Assembly (NCBI RefSeq): GCF_031769215.1
Contig: NW_026782116.1
Location: forward strand, 1,116,001-1,180,000
Origin: Ylistrum balloti
Taxonomy: Eukaryota
Direction: 5' to 3'
Length of the DNA stretch: 64,000 nucleotides
The notes under the pieces were generated by a model, which saw only the letters and a program-made list of their open reading frames with translations, did not search any database and was not told the origin of the DNA. Both the position numbers and the translations under genes were made by a program. Every line of letters starts with the position of its first letter. Position 1 is the first letter of the stretch. Positions 35,311 to 48,500 of this stretch are shown here, in pieces.

Positions 35311-38300
35311 AGGATAAGAAGAGACCAAACACTTCAGAGATACAGTGCCAGATATTTCAGATCATTTTCTCCACCATATAATAGTTTTTAAAACACAACC
35401 AGTAAATAAAAGATCTGAGTCAAATCAACTACAGTACTTTTTTAACATCTTGTATACACTTTTGCCATAACTTTTTACCATCTCATCACACTTTTTCTAC
35501 CGTATTGACGTAAGTTGTTAATTCCTTACCATCTTGTACACTAAGTACATAAGTGTAGTCATTAAAACATCACACAAATCTACTGGTTGTGTTGTAAGAT
35601 CTTCTATTCTATAGAAAGCCAGTGTACAAGATAAATACAACACAAAACAATTTGTTTTCTTAAATGATATTTTACTCCAAAGGTTTATGACTCCATCATA
35701 AATTAACATTCAGTTTTTACTACCTGCGTACAGGTATAATGCCAGAAAACACATACCATATATTTGATATGAAAAAATGATGCTACAGGGAAGATGGTGT
35801 TTTTACATAATGGGATAAACGCAAAACAAATCAACACACAAAACAAAATTTTCATAACACTTCAATAACAACACCATTTCATATACTCGTTTTGATTACT
35901 GATCACTAAGTGAATTGCTGGGTTCAAAAGCATTGAAATCTAGAAGTTTTCTTTATCAGAGATTGACCTGTACAAATGTAGGTGTCTGGCTTTATAGTTA
36001 CTTCATAAAAACAATCTTGATCAATTCATTGTTCAGTTGGTCACTTTAGGCCTGTGAGTATATTAAACCCAATATCAACAATAGGCAACAGATGGCTTGA
36101 ACAATCTCCAGCGCTGATCATGTTTCCAAGCAGAGAAACATTAACCTTAATACAAGTATAGATCACAGAGATCCACAGATGCTCTCAATAGTACATATTT
36201 TTAAAACTGTTCACTGATATATATATTTCTATTTTGCTCACTTTTTCAGTATACTTAGCTTTGTAGTAATGTAAAATTTGTTGCAGATTTTATTTAAAGA
36301 CATTCATAAAATGTGGTCTTAAAATTGTATTTAACAATATCAGGAAAAGATGTTTAACTGTCAATTGAGGGTAGAAATTCGAGGTAGGGACAAATATTCA
36401 AATAACACACTTCAAATGGATAAGCTCACCAACATTTCATACCTGGTTTGATAACAGAAAGATATTTCAAACAATATTTCCAGGAACAGGATTCAGGAAT
36501 TGCAAAAGCATATTTTTCCCCCCAATCTTAATATTAGCCTGACATGTGTTTGGTTCTAGTTTGGGAAACAAGTGCAAACCTTCAGGAAATGCATTTTGTA
36601 TACAATAGATAGCAAATGCAAGGCCAAAATAAGATAGGATGCATGTATATATCAGCAATACATTAATGACCATAACCATCTTGTCAAATCAAACATGTAC
36701 AATAATTCCCTTTTCCAAAGCCATACATCTTACTTAAACATCATTTCATTTGTTTATACAGACTTTCAGCATTTGAAGCATAAATATCATATTTTTTATA
36801 TAATATATAACAAAAGATAAAATGTCATTGCCTTTTTTACATACTGTGAAATCATATTCCTATAGGCCATGGCCTGCACACTAGGGCCTTAATGATCTCT
36901 TATATTCATTATAAGTGGTCTTTTTCAAAAGGGCATATTTGTATTGTCAAAGGTATAAAAATTTACCAGTCAGTTATTCAATAAACTGTGTCCATTGGAT
37001 GGGACATTAAGAATTTAGGACTACAGGCCAAAATCCTCTTGATTTCCAGTTACACATTTAACTTGCAACACCATTTTTTTCCTACCAGGTATACAAATTT
37101 TGAATTAGAATTCAACTCAATTAGACTCAGAATTAGACACAATTTGTTCTCTCTGTCACTATATTCTGCTTTATTTTTTGTTTTGTTTTGGTTTTTTTTC
37201 ATATTTAAATAATTACAGATAAGATATTGCAAAATTAATCATTTAAACCTTTAATGATAATTTACATTCTTTGTAGAAACAAAAGAACATAAAATACATG
37301 AAATACCAATAGATAAAATCAATAAAACTGAAAATTGTCCCACTTATCCGGAAAGTGTGTGAAAAATGAACATTTTATATTTTCACTTATGATTCAGGTT
37401 AAGTATTAACAAATCACCAACTGTATAATCTTCTATACAACATCAATATTTGAATAAAATTAATGCTGACCTCAAAACAAGAAAAAATTGCACATAGAAC
37501 CAATAAAAATCTAAGGTGATAAAATAACAAATGATTTAACTAAATGTGATAATATTTACAATTATATTTGTCAAATTTAGTGCAAGCCTGCTTTGATAAA
37601 ATATCTATATTTCTTCCAAATTCATCATGTTCAATAGCAATGGTATATACACAATATATAAAATTTCATTAAAAAATCAAGAAGAGTTTTGAGCAATATA
37701 TTAATGTAATGTCAAAAATTAAAATCTTCTTTCCCTGTCACTCAACTTGTAAATCAATAGTACTTTTGTCAAAAGAAGATTGCCAGTGATCAGTTGGTTT
37801 ATTCATTACCTTTGTACTGGCCTTTTTATGGGGAATGGCCTGTCTGGATTCTATGATCATAAAGTTAGTTACAATTTAGGTGTTGAAAAAGAAGTATAGT
37901 ATTTTGACATCTAATGAATGCTCTTAAAAAATTTTGAACTTCGATGAAGAATAACTGTTAATTAAGCATGTTTTTTTCTTTTGTCTTTCAGAAACAATTA
38001 ATCACAGTTTCCATTACCTTTTGATGTATTACAGAGGTGTAGGAATTGGAAGAAACAAAACAAAGATCATGAAGACAAGTGTGTAAATTTCAACATATTT
38101 TGAAGACTAGCTCACAGGCGGATGGTACTTAATTTTATAAACCTAGTCTTTATGTTCATAAGTTCAAGTTTAAAAATGTTTCATTTCCTCAACATAAAAC
38201 AACCAACCATGAACATGATTAGCAGAACCCCTTAATACAGCCAGTTCCAGGTCTAAGAAACTTGAACCACCCTGGATCCACCAGTGGTTGTATTACTATT

Positions 38301-39170
38301 GCTAGGTATCTTCAATTCAATACAATTGGAACAAATGTTTTGTAGACATATGTCTCCTCAGAGGAGTGGGGATGAATCACAGAATAGATATACATATATA
38401 TATATCATAATGTTTACCAAGATTTCAGTTGATTCCTAAATTTATCCCAATTTCAGAATAGATTATCATTTTCCATGAAACCTTTAAAAACATGTCAAAC
38501 ATTTTCTTTAAACACATATTCTTGAACTTCTTACAAAACAAAACATGATGAATTAACAATAGAATTCAATCACAAATGTGATATACAGCAGGACACATTC
38601 TTGTTGTTCACAACAAAGTATGACACTGCAAGTGATGATGTAGTATACCCAGACCAATCATTTGATTGCAAACTAATCATATCTGACATTCATCCAAACA
38701 TATCTTTGAAGTACACACACATATAGATTAGGTTTGACATCAAATCTAGTAAGCCATTTTTTACAAACCAACCCAATATTGTCTCACACTATAAACTACA
38801 TGTATTATATTTTACATACATCAAATTATACATCATTTCATAACCTGGATCATATCTAGCATACAGACTGAAATGTTTGCTTATCATGAATTAATTGTAA
38901 GCAAGTAAAAGTCTATTACACCACTTCATTCATACATGAGTCTTACATGAGCACATTATCTACCAACTCAGCCGTTTTTAATATGCTAAAAATGAATCAT
39001 TATATCTTGTGTACAACTACACAGTGGTCAAGTGCATTATATGAACACTAATTGATAAATCCTTACAGGGTTCTATATTGTATTACATATCAAAAGAATA
39101 TGTCTTGGGGTAATGAAAAAGAGCATAATGTTTTTCATTAAAGCTAATTGATTCCTAGTCAAATTTGTCA

Positions 39171-39578
39171 TCAACAGTCAATGTCTAACTGATCATGGCT
39201 GGTTGCAGCACTAGATGACCTCTGCTCCCTTGTACGAGAATGACTTTCTCTACTTAATTCAGCATTTTGTGAAGTACTGCTTATTTGTCGTCGTATGCGA
39301 CTCAGTTCCTCTGCTTTTGTACTTGCATAATGATGATACATCATTTTCACTCCAGTTACTACTGACAACCTCAGTCTTAAATTGTACCTAAACGAATTCT
39401 TCTTGTGCTTCACAGCACGTTTGTATCTCACTTCCAAGTCCCTTATTTTCTGGTCTAATAAGGCAATTTGCTGACACGCCCTGTCGAATTTCAGTCTTGC
39501 ATCGCCTTCCTTTTCAAGGAGATGACCATGATCCATCAGGCCCCTCTCGGCAGCTGAAGTGGAAATCGTAGAACTCAT
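39171..39578 (-). CDS. Intronless 135-aa predicted helical/coiled-coil protein of unknown function
   Basis: ORF with an A-rich start context (AAAACA-ATG), an amphipathic core (ARLKFDRACQQIALLDQKIRDLEVRYKRA...SFRYNLRLRLSVVTGVKMMYHHYA) and Ser-rich tails. A CpG-rich promoter-like region lies upstream and a long AT-rich tail with polyA signals downstream. No family recognised with confidence. Confidence 0.75.
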   Translation of the reverse strand: MSSTISTSAAERGLMDHGHLLEKEGDARLKFDRACQQIALLDQKIRDLEVRYKRAVKHKKNSFRYNLRLRLSVVTGVKMMYHHYASTKAEELSRIRRQISSTSQNAELSRESHSRTREQRSSSAATSHDQLDIDC

Positions 39579-39900
39579 TGTTTTTTAGCAGACCTAACTT
39601 TCACTATTGCTTTCACGATTAGAATATTCTTCTTGGGTAGTTTGCTTCTCCCGCACATTCACTTTCTGTCTTAAACCAACAAAAATACGTCTAAGTCAAC
39701 GGAAACATGGTTTACACTTGAAGCTCTTTTGAACAGGTAAAAGACTGCTGCACTGACATCGGAATCCTGGCTTCTGTTATGTGCAGAATCGTGTCACATT
39801 TTCGTTCACAAGTGCACCAATAACAAAGGCGTTTTCGCCAGTTTCTTTCTTTTCCGTGATTATGTGACGTTTCCGTTAATTAATTTTTGTTCCAGTAACT
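39579..39900 (-). promoter_or_regulatory. Putative 5' leader with four uORFs
   Basis: Minus-strand uORFs: 39799-39794 (ATG-TGA), 39759-39712 (15 aa), 39708-39691 (5 aa) and 39658-39575 (27 aa, stop overlaps the main ATG). The TSS is inferred near 39900 from a TATA-like TATATA at ~39931-39936. Confidence 0.55.
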
Positions 39901-42443
39901 CCTCTTAAATATACCAACAGTCCCACAGAGTATATATTTCTGTAAAAATGACTGAAATTTCAACTTATGAATTATGTGTGTGTTGTCCGACGGGTCCTCA
40001 CCGGAAGTGTACGAATTTGATGCCAAAGAGAGGCTTTCAAACTATGACCTACTTTATGCACGGGTCAAAGGTTACTTATACCGGTGTTAAACAAGTGTTC
40101 GACGTTCGGCAGGGACTTTGATTTTTGTTGTTATTATCAGTGGGTTTTTTTATCATTATTGTTATTATTGTAACTTGATTCTTTTGTCAAATAATATTTC
40201 AGCAGCAGCTTGAAAATAGATATTCTCATTTTGCCTTATTTTTTTCATTATCATGGTTTACAACGCGATGTGAAGCGAATAAATGTAGCGCATGTAGTTT
40301 TATGTTTTATACTTTTGTGAGGCTTACAGATATATCATATATTGTGATGCAATGTTTTGTTTTGCGTTACCTTCCGCGATGTGGTATGTTGTATTTATTT
40401 ATTACTCTAATGTGTATATAAATATCATTCATCAAAAGATTAACTTGACGTGCGTATAATATGCTACAATGATTGAATTGTATATTTCTCTGTAAATATG
40501 TTTCTCTGTACTTCATATAATTAAAGAGAAAAAAAAGGATTGAATCGTTATTATAAAGGCACAATTAATCTTGTAGAACAAGTCATATGATAATGGTATA
40601 CATGGTATAACAGGAACAGTGATACAACATAGATTTTAACTTTAATTAATCTGTACTTTTTGACAAATTACATTATATAATGGGACGTACAAATTGATAT
40701 TGTAATATATGCATGAGGTTACATCTCTCATTAATCAATAAGAGCAGTCAACAGCGGTAAAAAAATAATAAATTGAAAAGAAATAACAAACGAATCCTGC
40801 AAGAAAAATATTAACGCATCTACAATTCATCATGTAACGAACAACATATTTTGAACCAGACTGGCCCTGCATGTAAAAGGTGACGTTATTGTTATATTTC
40901 TATGACACCACAATCGATTTTTGACCAATGAAAACCGTTCCAAGGCGAATTCACTGGATAACGGACTTAAGAGAAAACAAATGCTTATAAATGTCAGCTA
41001 TAATTGTCTGATAGATGGAGATGGTTTATTTTTGTTGTTTTTTTAATAGATATAAGTGGTCCTGGATCTAACGAGAATCAGTTTTTATACTATATTTCTG
41101 TATTATTTAATAAAAGGAGTAGACAGAAAGTGAACTAAGAGTAGAAGGTGAGCTTGAACAAACACCCGTAAAACCAGTCTCTATATAAATCAGCAGTAGG
41201 TTGTACCATACTCGGGTTTTAAGAAATGAGAGTTACACTTGCTTATGTTATGCACTATCATTAACATTTAATAGCTTTTCCGTTGCTCTTAAAAACGTCA
41301 CACCAAAATTTATTCTTACCATTTTTTTTAATTAGCTGAGATAATTATGAGATATTATGACCTATCTTTATCCAACTGATAAAACAGCTTGTCACAACAG
41401 CATATGAACTGTGAAAAAGCTCTTCAGTTATCCTGTTTTAAGAGCATCAATAAAAGTCTAAATATATTAGTCTTCAGTCCTAACTTTTTTTGATACTTTA
41501 TCTATTTTGACGTACCATAGAAAGTGTTAAATTCAATTGGTCAAGAAAACAGTACTTCGCCTGATGATGTGGAACGATACTAAACAAGCTTTTGAATGTG
41601 GAATTCGGAGGGAATTAATAATAGATATCTTACCAGTATCAGTTAATATTCCCCCATACTCAAATTTCAATCCGAGACTTCGTCTTAACCAACATTTTGT
41701 CAAAGTTTAGTTGATGTAAACCATGCACTTTCACATTAACATCTATCCCTAACAATGTAAATTTTCCTTCAACACAATGAATCTCGATAACACGTTTTGT
41801 ACTTTTTATTGCCTATCCATATTATTTGTATTTTGCTTGCATCAATTTTTAAATTAGAAATTTGTGCCAATGAATTCATCTTAACATGGACCCATCGAGT
41901 ATCAAAGAAGTGCTATCAACATGTTGAGAGAGAATGATAGGGTATTCATTGACAATTATGTCTGTTCTAGTATTGCTGTTTCTGATATACAAAATAAACA
42001 TACATATATTATATAAAAAAAAAAGCATATGTAGCGATGGGATCACCTTGTCGATAGCCGCGTTTGACCTTTAAATTGATTGATTCTTACTATGATTTAA
42101 CTGTAGAAGTAACATCATTCTTTCTAACGCTATCCCTAACAAGTTAGGATTTCATAAGACACTTTTGAAGAAACTTGGGCAAAATTATTTAGTTGTATTC
42201 TTATGGAACTCGTTCACATCAATGTATCATTCAAATGAGCATATATCTTATTGGCGGAGATTCTGTATAGATTTTACTAGATGGATCTACAAACGTTCGC
42301 GCGACCCTGATTGCGTCCGAACAGGTTTGCGTTATAACTGAACATAATGAAATATTTGTGAAGATTAAAAATCAACAGAAATTAAGCCTAATAGAGTGAT
42401 AAAATTGCAACCCCAGCAGACACGTTTAGTGAACAGCATACAA

Positions 42444-42531
42444 ACTGGTGTATTTAGACGGTTTGGTAGAGAGTATTCCCACCAATTTCGCCTGTCCAAA
42501 CTGATCACACGAAAGATATGTTGATGCTAAC
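42444..42531 (+). repeat. Interspersed repeat, homologous to 15679-15768
   Basis: ACTGGTGTATTTAGACGGTTTGGTAGAGAGTATTCCC...CTGATCACAC...TTGATGCTAAC. Confidence 0.85.
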
Positions 42532-44239
42532 AGTGGGTTTATAAGTCATTAGAATGAGTTTTTAAACGGTACAGAGCAGCCAAAAAAATGCAACTTGGGC
42601 AGAATATCCCTTTAAACTAAACAATCATCTTTGATATGTAAGTTGTCATCCCTGTGTTGGTGTTATAGAAAGTTAGTTTTCATTATAGCCAAAATTCAAA
42701 GACTGTAGCTAATATTTTCCAAAATCATTATGGAAACAAAAACCTGCATTATAATCATCCGAAGTTTTTCCCATTCTTCTATCATTTTGCTCTCGAGCAA
42801 ACAATGTTCATTTGCATTTTTAATAATTTAAGTCACTAACAGACGTACAGTATTTAGGTTCCACGTAATGATCAATACGCATTTTTACACGGTTAAGATA
42901 TTCCATGCATTGGCAATCCACTCGGGAAACATACAAACAAAAATTACAAAAGTCCGTCTCATATTGTTTGATTTTTAACCTTATCTCGTTTGAAGAGGTG
43001 AAAGTGCTTGGGAATTCTTCTTTAATATCTGTCCGTCTTAATTACTTATTCCGGAACATGAATGATGATAATCTTGTATATATATATATATGGTAGGACT
43101 TTCTTCATTACCATTTCGACTAAAAGTAACCCACATGCCTCGTATGAGGACACTAATGCGTTGGAACAGGTTTGCGATATTTTTCCCTCGACAGAGAGTT
43201 CAGCTCATTTATATTCATAGTTAGGAATGTTGATGAGGCTGCTTCTACACCAAGTAATCCTGTTCAGAATCACAGCCTTGTGTCGTCAATGGTTCGAATT
43301 TACATGGAAATATCCATATCACACATCTGTGTTGTCGTAAGGGCCCAGATGTCAATATTGGAGCGAACAGAAGTCTAGATTATGCATGGAATTGTTTTAC
43401 GGTAAATGTCTATAACTTTACAGTATCTTATTTTGCTATAGAATGAATATCTTTTTAATTAAAGGATGATTAGAAAATCGATACCTGCCAATGCTATACA
43501 ACCTGTGTACGTCATAAGAAAATATTGAATTTGTTTTAACCCAGACTGAAAAGAAAAGAAATAACGGAGAGCAGATTTTATGGACATATACGGTACTTGT
43601 TCCTTTTGGACTAAAAATCCGATCGGATGCCGTGAATGTTAGATCTAGAATTCCTGTATTGGCTGTTCGGGTTGAAGCTCCGTGCATGCACCTATGTGAC
43701 AAGTGAAGGGTTGTGAGAAAGCTGGAATTTCTTGTGTGAAAGAAATAATTTGTCTAGAAGTTTCGGCTGGACAGGTAAGTTTAACGTTTAGAGACTGTTC
43801 TTTCAGAGTATTTACAGATATCAGCAACAAGACAAGAATCTGAGATAGCAAAAATTCAGTTAAGTATAAGTAAAAATTAGTTCATATGTTGAAAATTTAT
43901 CCAGTGTTAGACAGTATGCTTATAACATTTTGATTGTTTGTTTGTTCCTTTTAAACGACTGGATTCACCATGCCATAAGCCAGAGTACAAGATAGCATTT
44001 TCAGTATTTTTTAAGTACATTTCAACTGAATCTGCCCTAACATATTAGAATTATCGAATAGCCATCAAAATTTTATAATGGATTTTGCTACAGAATAAAA
44101 AGTTGAAAACGAATGTTACAATATACGAGACCGAGTATGATTTTATTAACTTGATGATTAAGTTTTCTTCTTCATTTTATCAAAGTATTAGCAATAGAAA
44201 TGTCGGAAATATTTTCATTCGCAATACATCAATAATATA

Positions 44240-44935
44240 TCATGACCTTTCCTTTAACTTTCCTATTGCTTTTTGCTGGGATCCTGGGCACAAGGCAATA
44301 CCAGGCAATGAAAAAGCAGATCGTGTCGCAAAGGCAGCTTTATTGTTTTTAAGATTCATTTTACTGATTTTAAACCATTGATCAACAAATTTGAACAGCT
44401 CGGCGGCAGAAGGAATGGAATCATTATACTAACATTAAATTGCACTGCTCCGTAAAACCTATCATCGGTGAATGGTCCTCATGCTATAGAGACAACCCTC
44501 GAGACGAAGTTGTCCTTGCCCGTCTTCGCGTGGGCCATGCATACCTTACGCACTCATATATGTTGAAAGGCGAAGAAAATCCTCGGTGCATAGGGTGTGA
44601 TGAGCCATTCACTGTTATACATTTTTTATTTGACTGCATTGACCTTCAGTCTACTCGAGTTTTCTTATCGTAACATTACAAGTCTAAAGACCGTTTTTGA
44701 AACTGTTGAGATAACTAAAATTCAAGGTTATCTGAATGATGTTGGTCTGTATTATAGACCGTAACTTACAGTTTTAATATTTTGTGATAATATAACCATT
44801 GAAATTATTTAGCATTTTCTTTTATCTTTTAGTTTGTTTGATGTTATTTCCTTTTTGGATCGCTGTGTGTTTTACCAGTTGATGACCCTAATGACCTTTT
44901 ATGTGTTGACGTGCCGTTAAGAATGTCACGATAAT
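44240..44935 (+). mobile_element. 5'-truncated I-group (I/Nimb-like) LINE: RNase H end, C-terminal Cys/His knuckle and 3' tail
   Basis: FCWDPGHKAIPGNEKADRVAKAAL (RNase H); EVVLARLRVGHAYLTHSYMLKGEENPRCIGCDEPFTVIHFLFDC (zinc knuckle); 3' end GTTGACGTGCCGTTAAG. Confidence 0.88.
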
Positions 44936-45305
44936 AATAATTCCTTTTATGGAGTGGTTCGTTGTAATTTGATACAGTACCCAGATATATAAAACTGTCT
45001 ACCATTTTAAGTGTTAGATCTTTATTATGACTTTAATTTTGTCAGTTTAGATAATGTTATACGCCACTCTGTTAACGAGACTATAGTCAGCTTATATAGC
45101 AAGATAAATAAATGAATATAAGTTGTTTATTTTATAATTCTAAGTGTTAGATAAAGGAAAATCTAACGTTTTTAGTTCGCCATCAGATTGGGGGTTGTAC
45201 AGATTATTCTTGTATGTTAACCGTTACATTTTGATAACATTTCTTCTTGAAAAGTACGTGATGAATTCTCTTGGGCCCTTGTTGTGTATTGTCGTCCTTG
45301 GGATA

Positions 45306-45523
45306 CTTTCATGGTGAAAATCTCTCAGTTTTCATATAAACGTATTTTCTATATATTTTCTCAATTTTCATAAATATTGTATCATTACTATTTAATTTTT
45401 TAAATTAAATTGAAATTAAAAAAAAAAAAAAAAAAAAATAGAACTGATTCAGTATTTGTGAAAATTAAGAAAATATATAGAAAACACATTTATATGAAAA
45501 TTGAGAGATTTTCACCATGAAAA
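45306..45523. mobile_element. MITE with ~70-bp TIRs around a poly-A core, probable TA TSD
   Basis: TTTCATGGTGAAAATCTCTCAGTTTTCATATAAAC... pairs with ...TTATATGAAAATTGAGAGATTTTCACCATGAAA. TA flanks both sides. Confidence 0.75.
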
Positions 45524-48500
45524 TAAAATGGGATAAATTGTTAGAATGGCTGGTAGGGGCGCAATGTTGAATTTTGAAAATAAAATATTATTACAAATAA
45601 TTTTTTGAAAACTACTGAATCGCTATCGGATTTCACATATCAGGTGTACTCTTGAACCTTGTTGATTATGGTCAATTATAGGTTGCTATCGTTACCTCAC
45701 AATAACTTCTGGATAGACCCATCACCTTGGTCCCTAATGCAAAGTCCATTTCGAGCTTGTTTTAAAAACGAAAGACGGCTATCTCTGATCTTTCAAAATG
45801 GGTTGTTAAATGATTAAATGCTATGATACGTATTTCTCAAAACATTTTGGCGGCGTGCTGTTCAATGTTCAAAGAATTTTTAGAACTCGATAAACGTAAC
45901 TACACCGAAGAATGAGATCGTCTTCAAAGTGGTAATAGGTTTGTTTTATATTCAATATTGAGAATAAGCAAACGTTGGCAATGGGGCAATCAAAGACATA
46001 AACAGAAAAGAAGGTTTTCCTCGAGAGTTTTCTATGTTTATTCAAACAATGAAGAAAATGTTTAAATCTATTGAATGCTGGAAATTCCGCAGAGATGGCG
46101 AAAATCTAGGAAGAAGGCCTGAATATACATGTAATTTGGAATCGCGATACACTATATCTCATCGGTTATGACATGTTTTGACAGATCACATAATCATATT
46201 TATTTGTCGTTGCCATGGAACATTTAACGATTTATTTATTTATCTATTTATTTATTTTGAAGGGGGTGGAGCAAAAAATAATACTTTCACACGAGTTCTG
46301 AGAGTCCGCCGACGTAGAGAAGGGATAGTCGAGCGTGTACAGGTCCCAGCTTTAACGATATGGGAAATTGTGTTTTTAGTTGGTTCACGATTAAATGTGA
46401 GCTAAGTATGTGTTAATGAGATAATGGGGAAAACTATAAAATATAAGGTAAGAAACACAAACCTTTGAAATACCAAAGTGTGTAAAACCACTGAAATTCG
46501 ACTTCAAAATCACCAAGCCCTTGAGCAGAGTAAACGTCTTCTGCCCGCCTTACCTATTAAGTCTAGAAACCAGGATAGATCTACAACTGTCGACAAAATA
46601 AAACAAATTGCTGGCGACTTAACAAAGAGAAAATAATCCCTAATGGTGTCAGACGTTGTATGACAATGTTAATCGTATATTCAAGAAATCACATCACAAG
46701 AAACCCTCGTGAACATTTCGCAAAAAAAAACATGTATTTTCCTGGAATTTCATCTTAATTTTTATCACCCAACTTTGTCTTTTCTCCCACCTTGAAAAGG
46801 AAAGATATTTGTGTCTAGCTCTCTGCAGTTCATCACGACATTACCGTTTACAGTGTTGCATACTCCCCTTCCCTATTATATATGGATCGATATTGGACTA
46901 TGTGTGTTAAGTGTTTGTTTTCATTAGAGTCCTAGATCGTTACGCTATTTGTATAGAAATACTCTCGCCTCTTTGTACATTGCCCACTCTGCTAATCGAC
47001 AGTATGTTACCGATCAATGGTCGGTTTTGTTATGGACACAGAGTGGTATTTTATTTCCAGAACATAATTGAAACATAACAACAAGCGATTGCGCTTAGCT
47101 TTATACTGAGATTTTATGGATTGATTTGCATCTGACTCGACATCGGGCAATACAATACAAAATCCTATCTTGATTGCTTTTGCCGTTATACGGTAAAGGT
47201 TATCATCATTTGAAGGTTTTATGATGATATTATTTATTGACAAAGTGTTATTTACTACTGCTGTTAAATGAATAAAAAAATAGATAAATACATAAATAGA
47301 TATATAAATGTTTAACGTTGGAAGGGTCCGAGTTACGATAAGTAACCATAAAACAGTCACAAAACACAAACTACATGGCATCAAGTGTCAGCCATAACAT
47401 GCGGTATACAGGATACGTGAAGCGGCACACACAAGCTATCAGTATAGCGTTGCTGTCAAAAATCATTTATCACCTCATATCTACCCATTATCTTTCATGA
47501 ATGAAGATTCTAATTACAGAGCATCGTAATACATTCATCAAAAATGCATGAATTGGCTAGTCAGTCCCAACGAGACTATGGTATTATTGTGTCAGAACAA
47601 GCTGCAAGAAACAACATGCCCTTTTCATTATTTTACGTTATGCAGTATAGATACCCTGGTTGTTCATTTGTAATATGACGTCATCATTCGGAAAATTAAT
47701 TTCATCATTCAGAAAATTAATTTCATAGACTTCATACGGAACTCTTCAAGATCGGAGTTACATAAGTCATGAGAAAAGTTTCCACCCACCAGACCATGAA
47801 ATATTCAACAATCGTTTAAGGCGTTCAAATACACACTGAACAATATATCACTAATATCATGATTTCATGCCAGAATTCGTCCCTTAATTCGCCAGGTGAA
47901 CTATTTTGCAGAACTTCATGAATGGCTACATCGTTATACATATGACCACATTTATGACATAATTCAATATTAGACAATTATCTCATAGTAACAATTCCAT
48001 TTTACAATAATTAACAGCTTCCCTATTTTCATGAAACTTAACATATAATTTTCACAACTGGCGTGTAATGAAATTGTCATGTATTAGAAAAACTCAACAT
48101 TATTGCACAATTTATTTAACCATGTTTTTTTCATATCCATACACATCTTGCTTAACCTGCATCCTTCTAAAGTGTTTTAGGTTGATACCATTCCTTATTC
48201 ACATGTTCCAGAATCGATTCGTGTAAATTATACAGTATCCTTACAAGATCATACTCAGAACTATACCTCAAAACATTTTCTGCAAACCTGTTTTGGCACA
48301 ATCATGGTAGAGCTAGTTTTTATAAATCGATCAGAACTGAGAGGTACATTCCAGAACATACATTGACCTCCTAATATATGCATTGAAATCCTAACTTGTG
48401 CAGAATATCTCATTAAGTCACGTGGTCGAAGTCTTGTCATATTTTCCTGAAAAATAAGGGTAAGTACAGAAATCATATGTAAATTTTGCAACGAATTTTG

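Noticed and set aside
35340-36700. Protein-like minus-strand frames, including a hydrophobic-start 70-aa ORF, as a possible viral glycoprotein segment
   Set aside because: No recognisable motif, stop density is unremarkable, and the region may be the 3'UTR of the 135-aa gene. It is worth including in the EVE search but is not supportable now.
39590-39760. In-frame TGA as selenocysteine in a C-x-x-C-containing leader frame
   Set aside because: That frame has no start codon, and I saw no SECIS-like structure.
40062-40074. Nuclear-receptor DR1 site GGGTCAAAGGTTA
   Set aside because: Near-identical AGGTCA repeats recur in HINE-type repeats in this window (e.g. ~60390), so the match is not specific.
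41555-41590. Hammerhead ribozyme core CTGATGA (also at 23428 and 30102)
   Set aside because: No flanking stems and no correctly placed GAAA.
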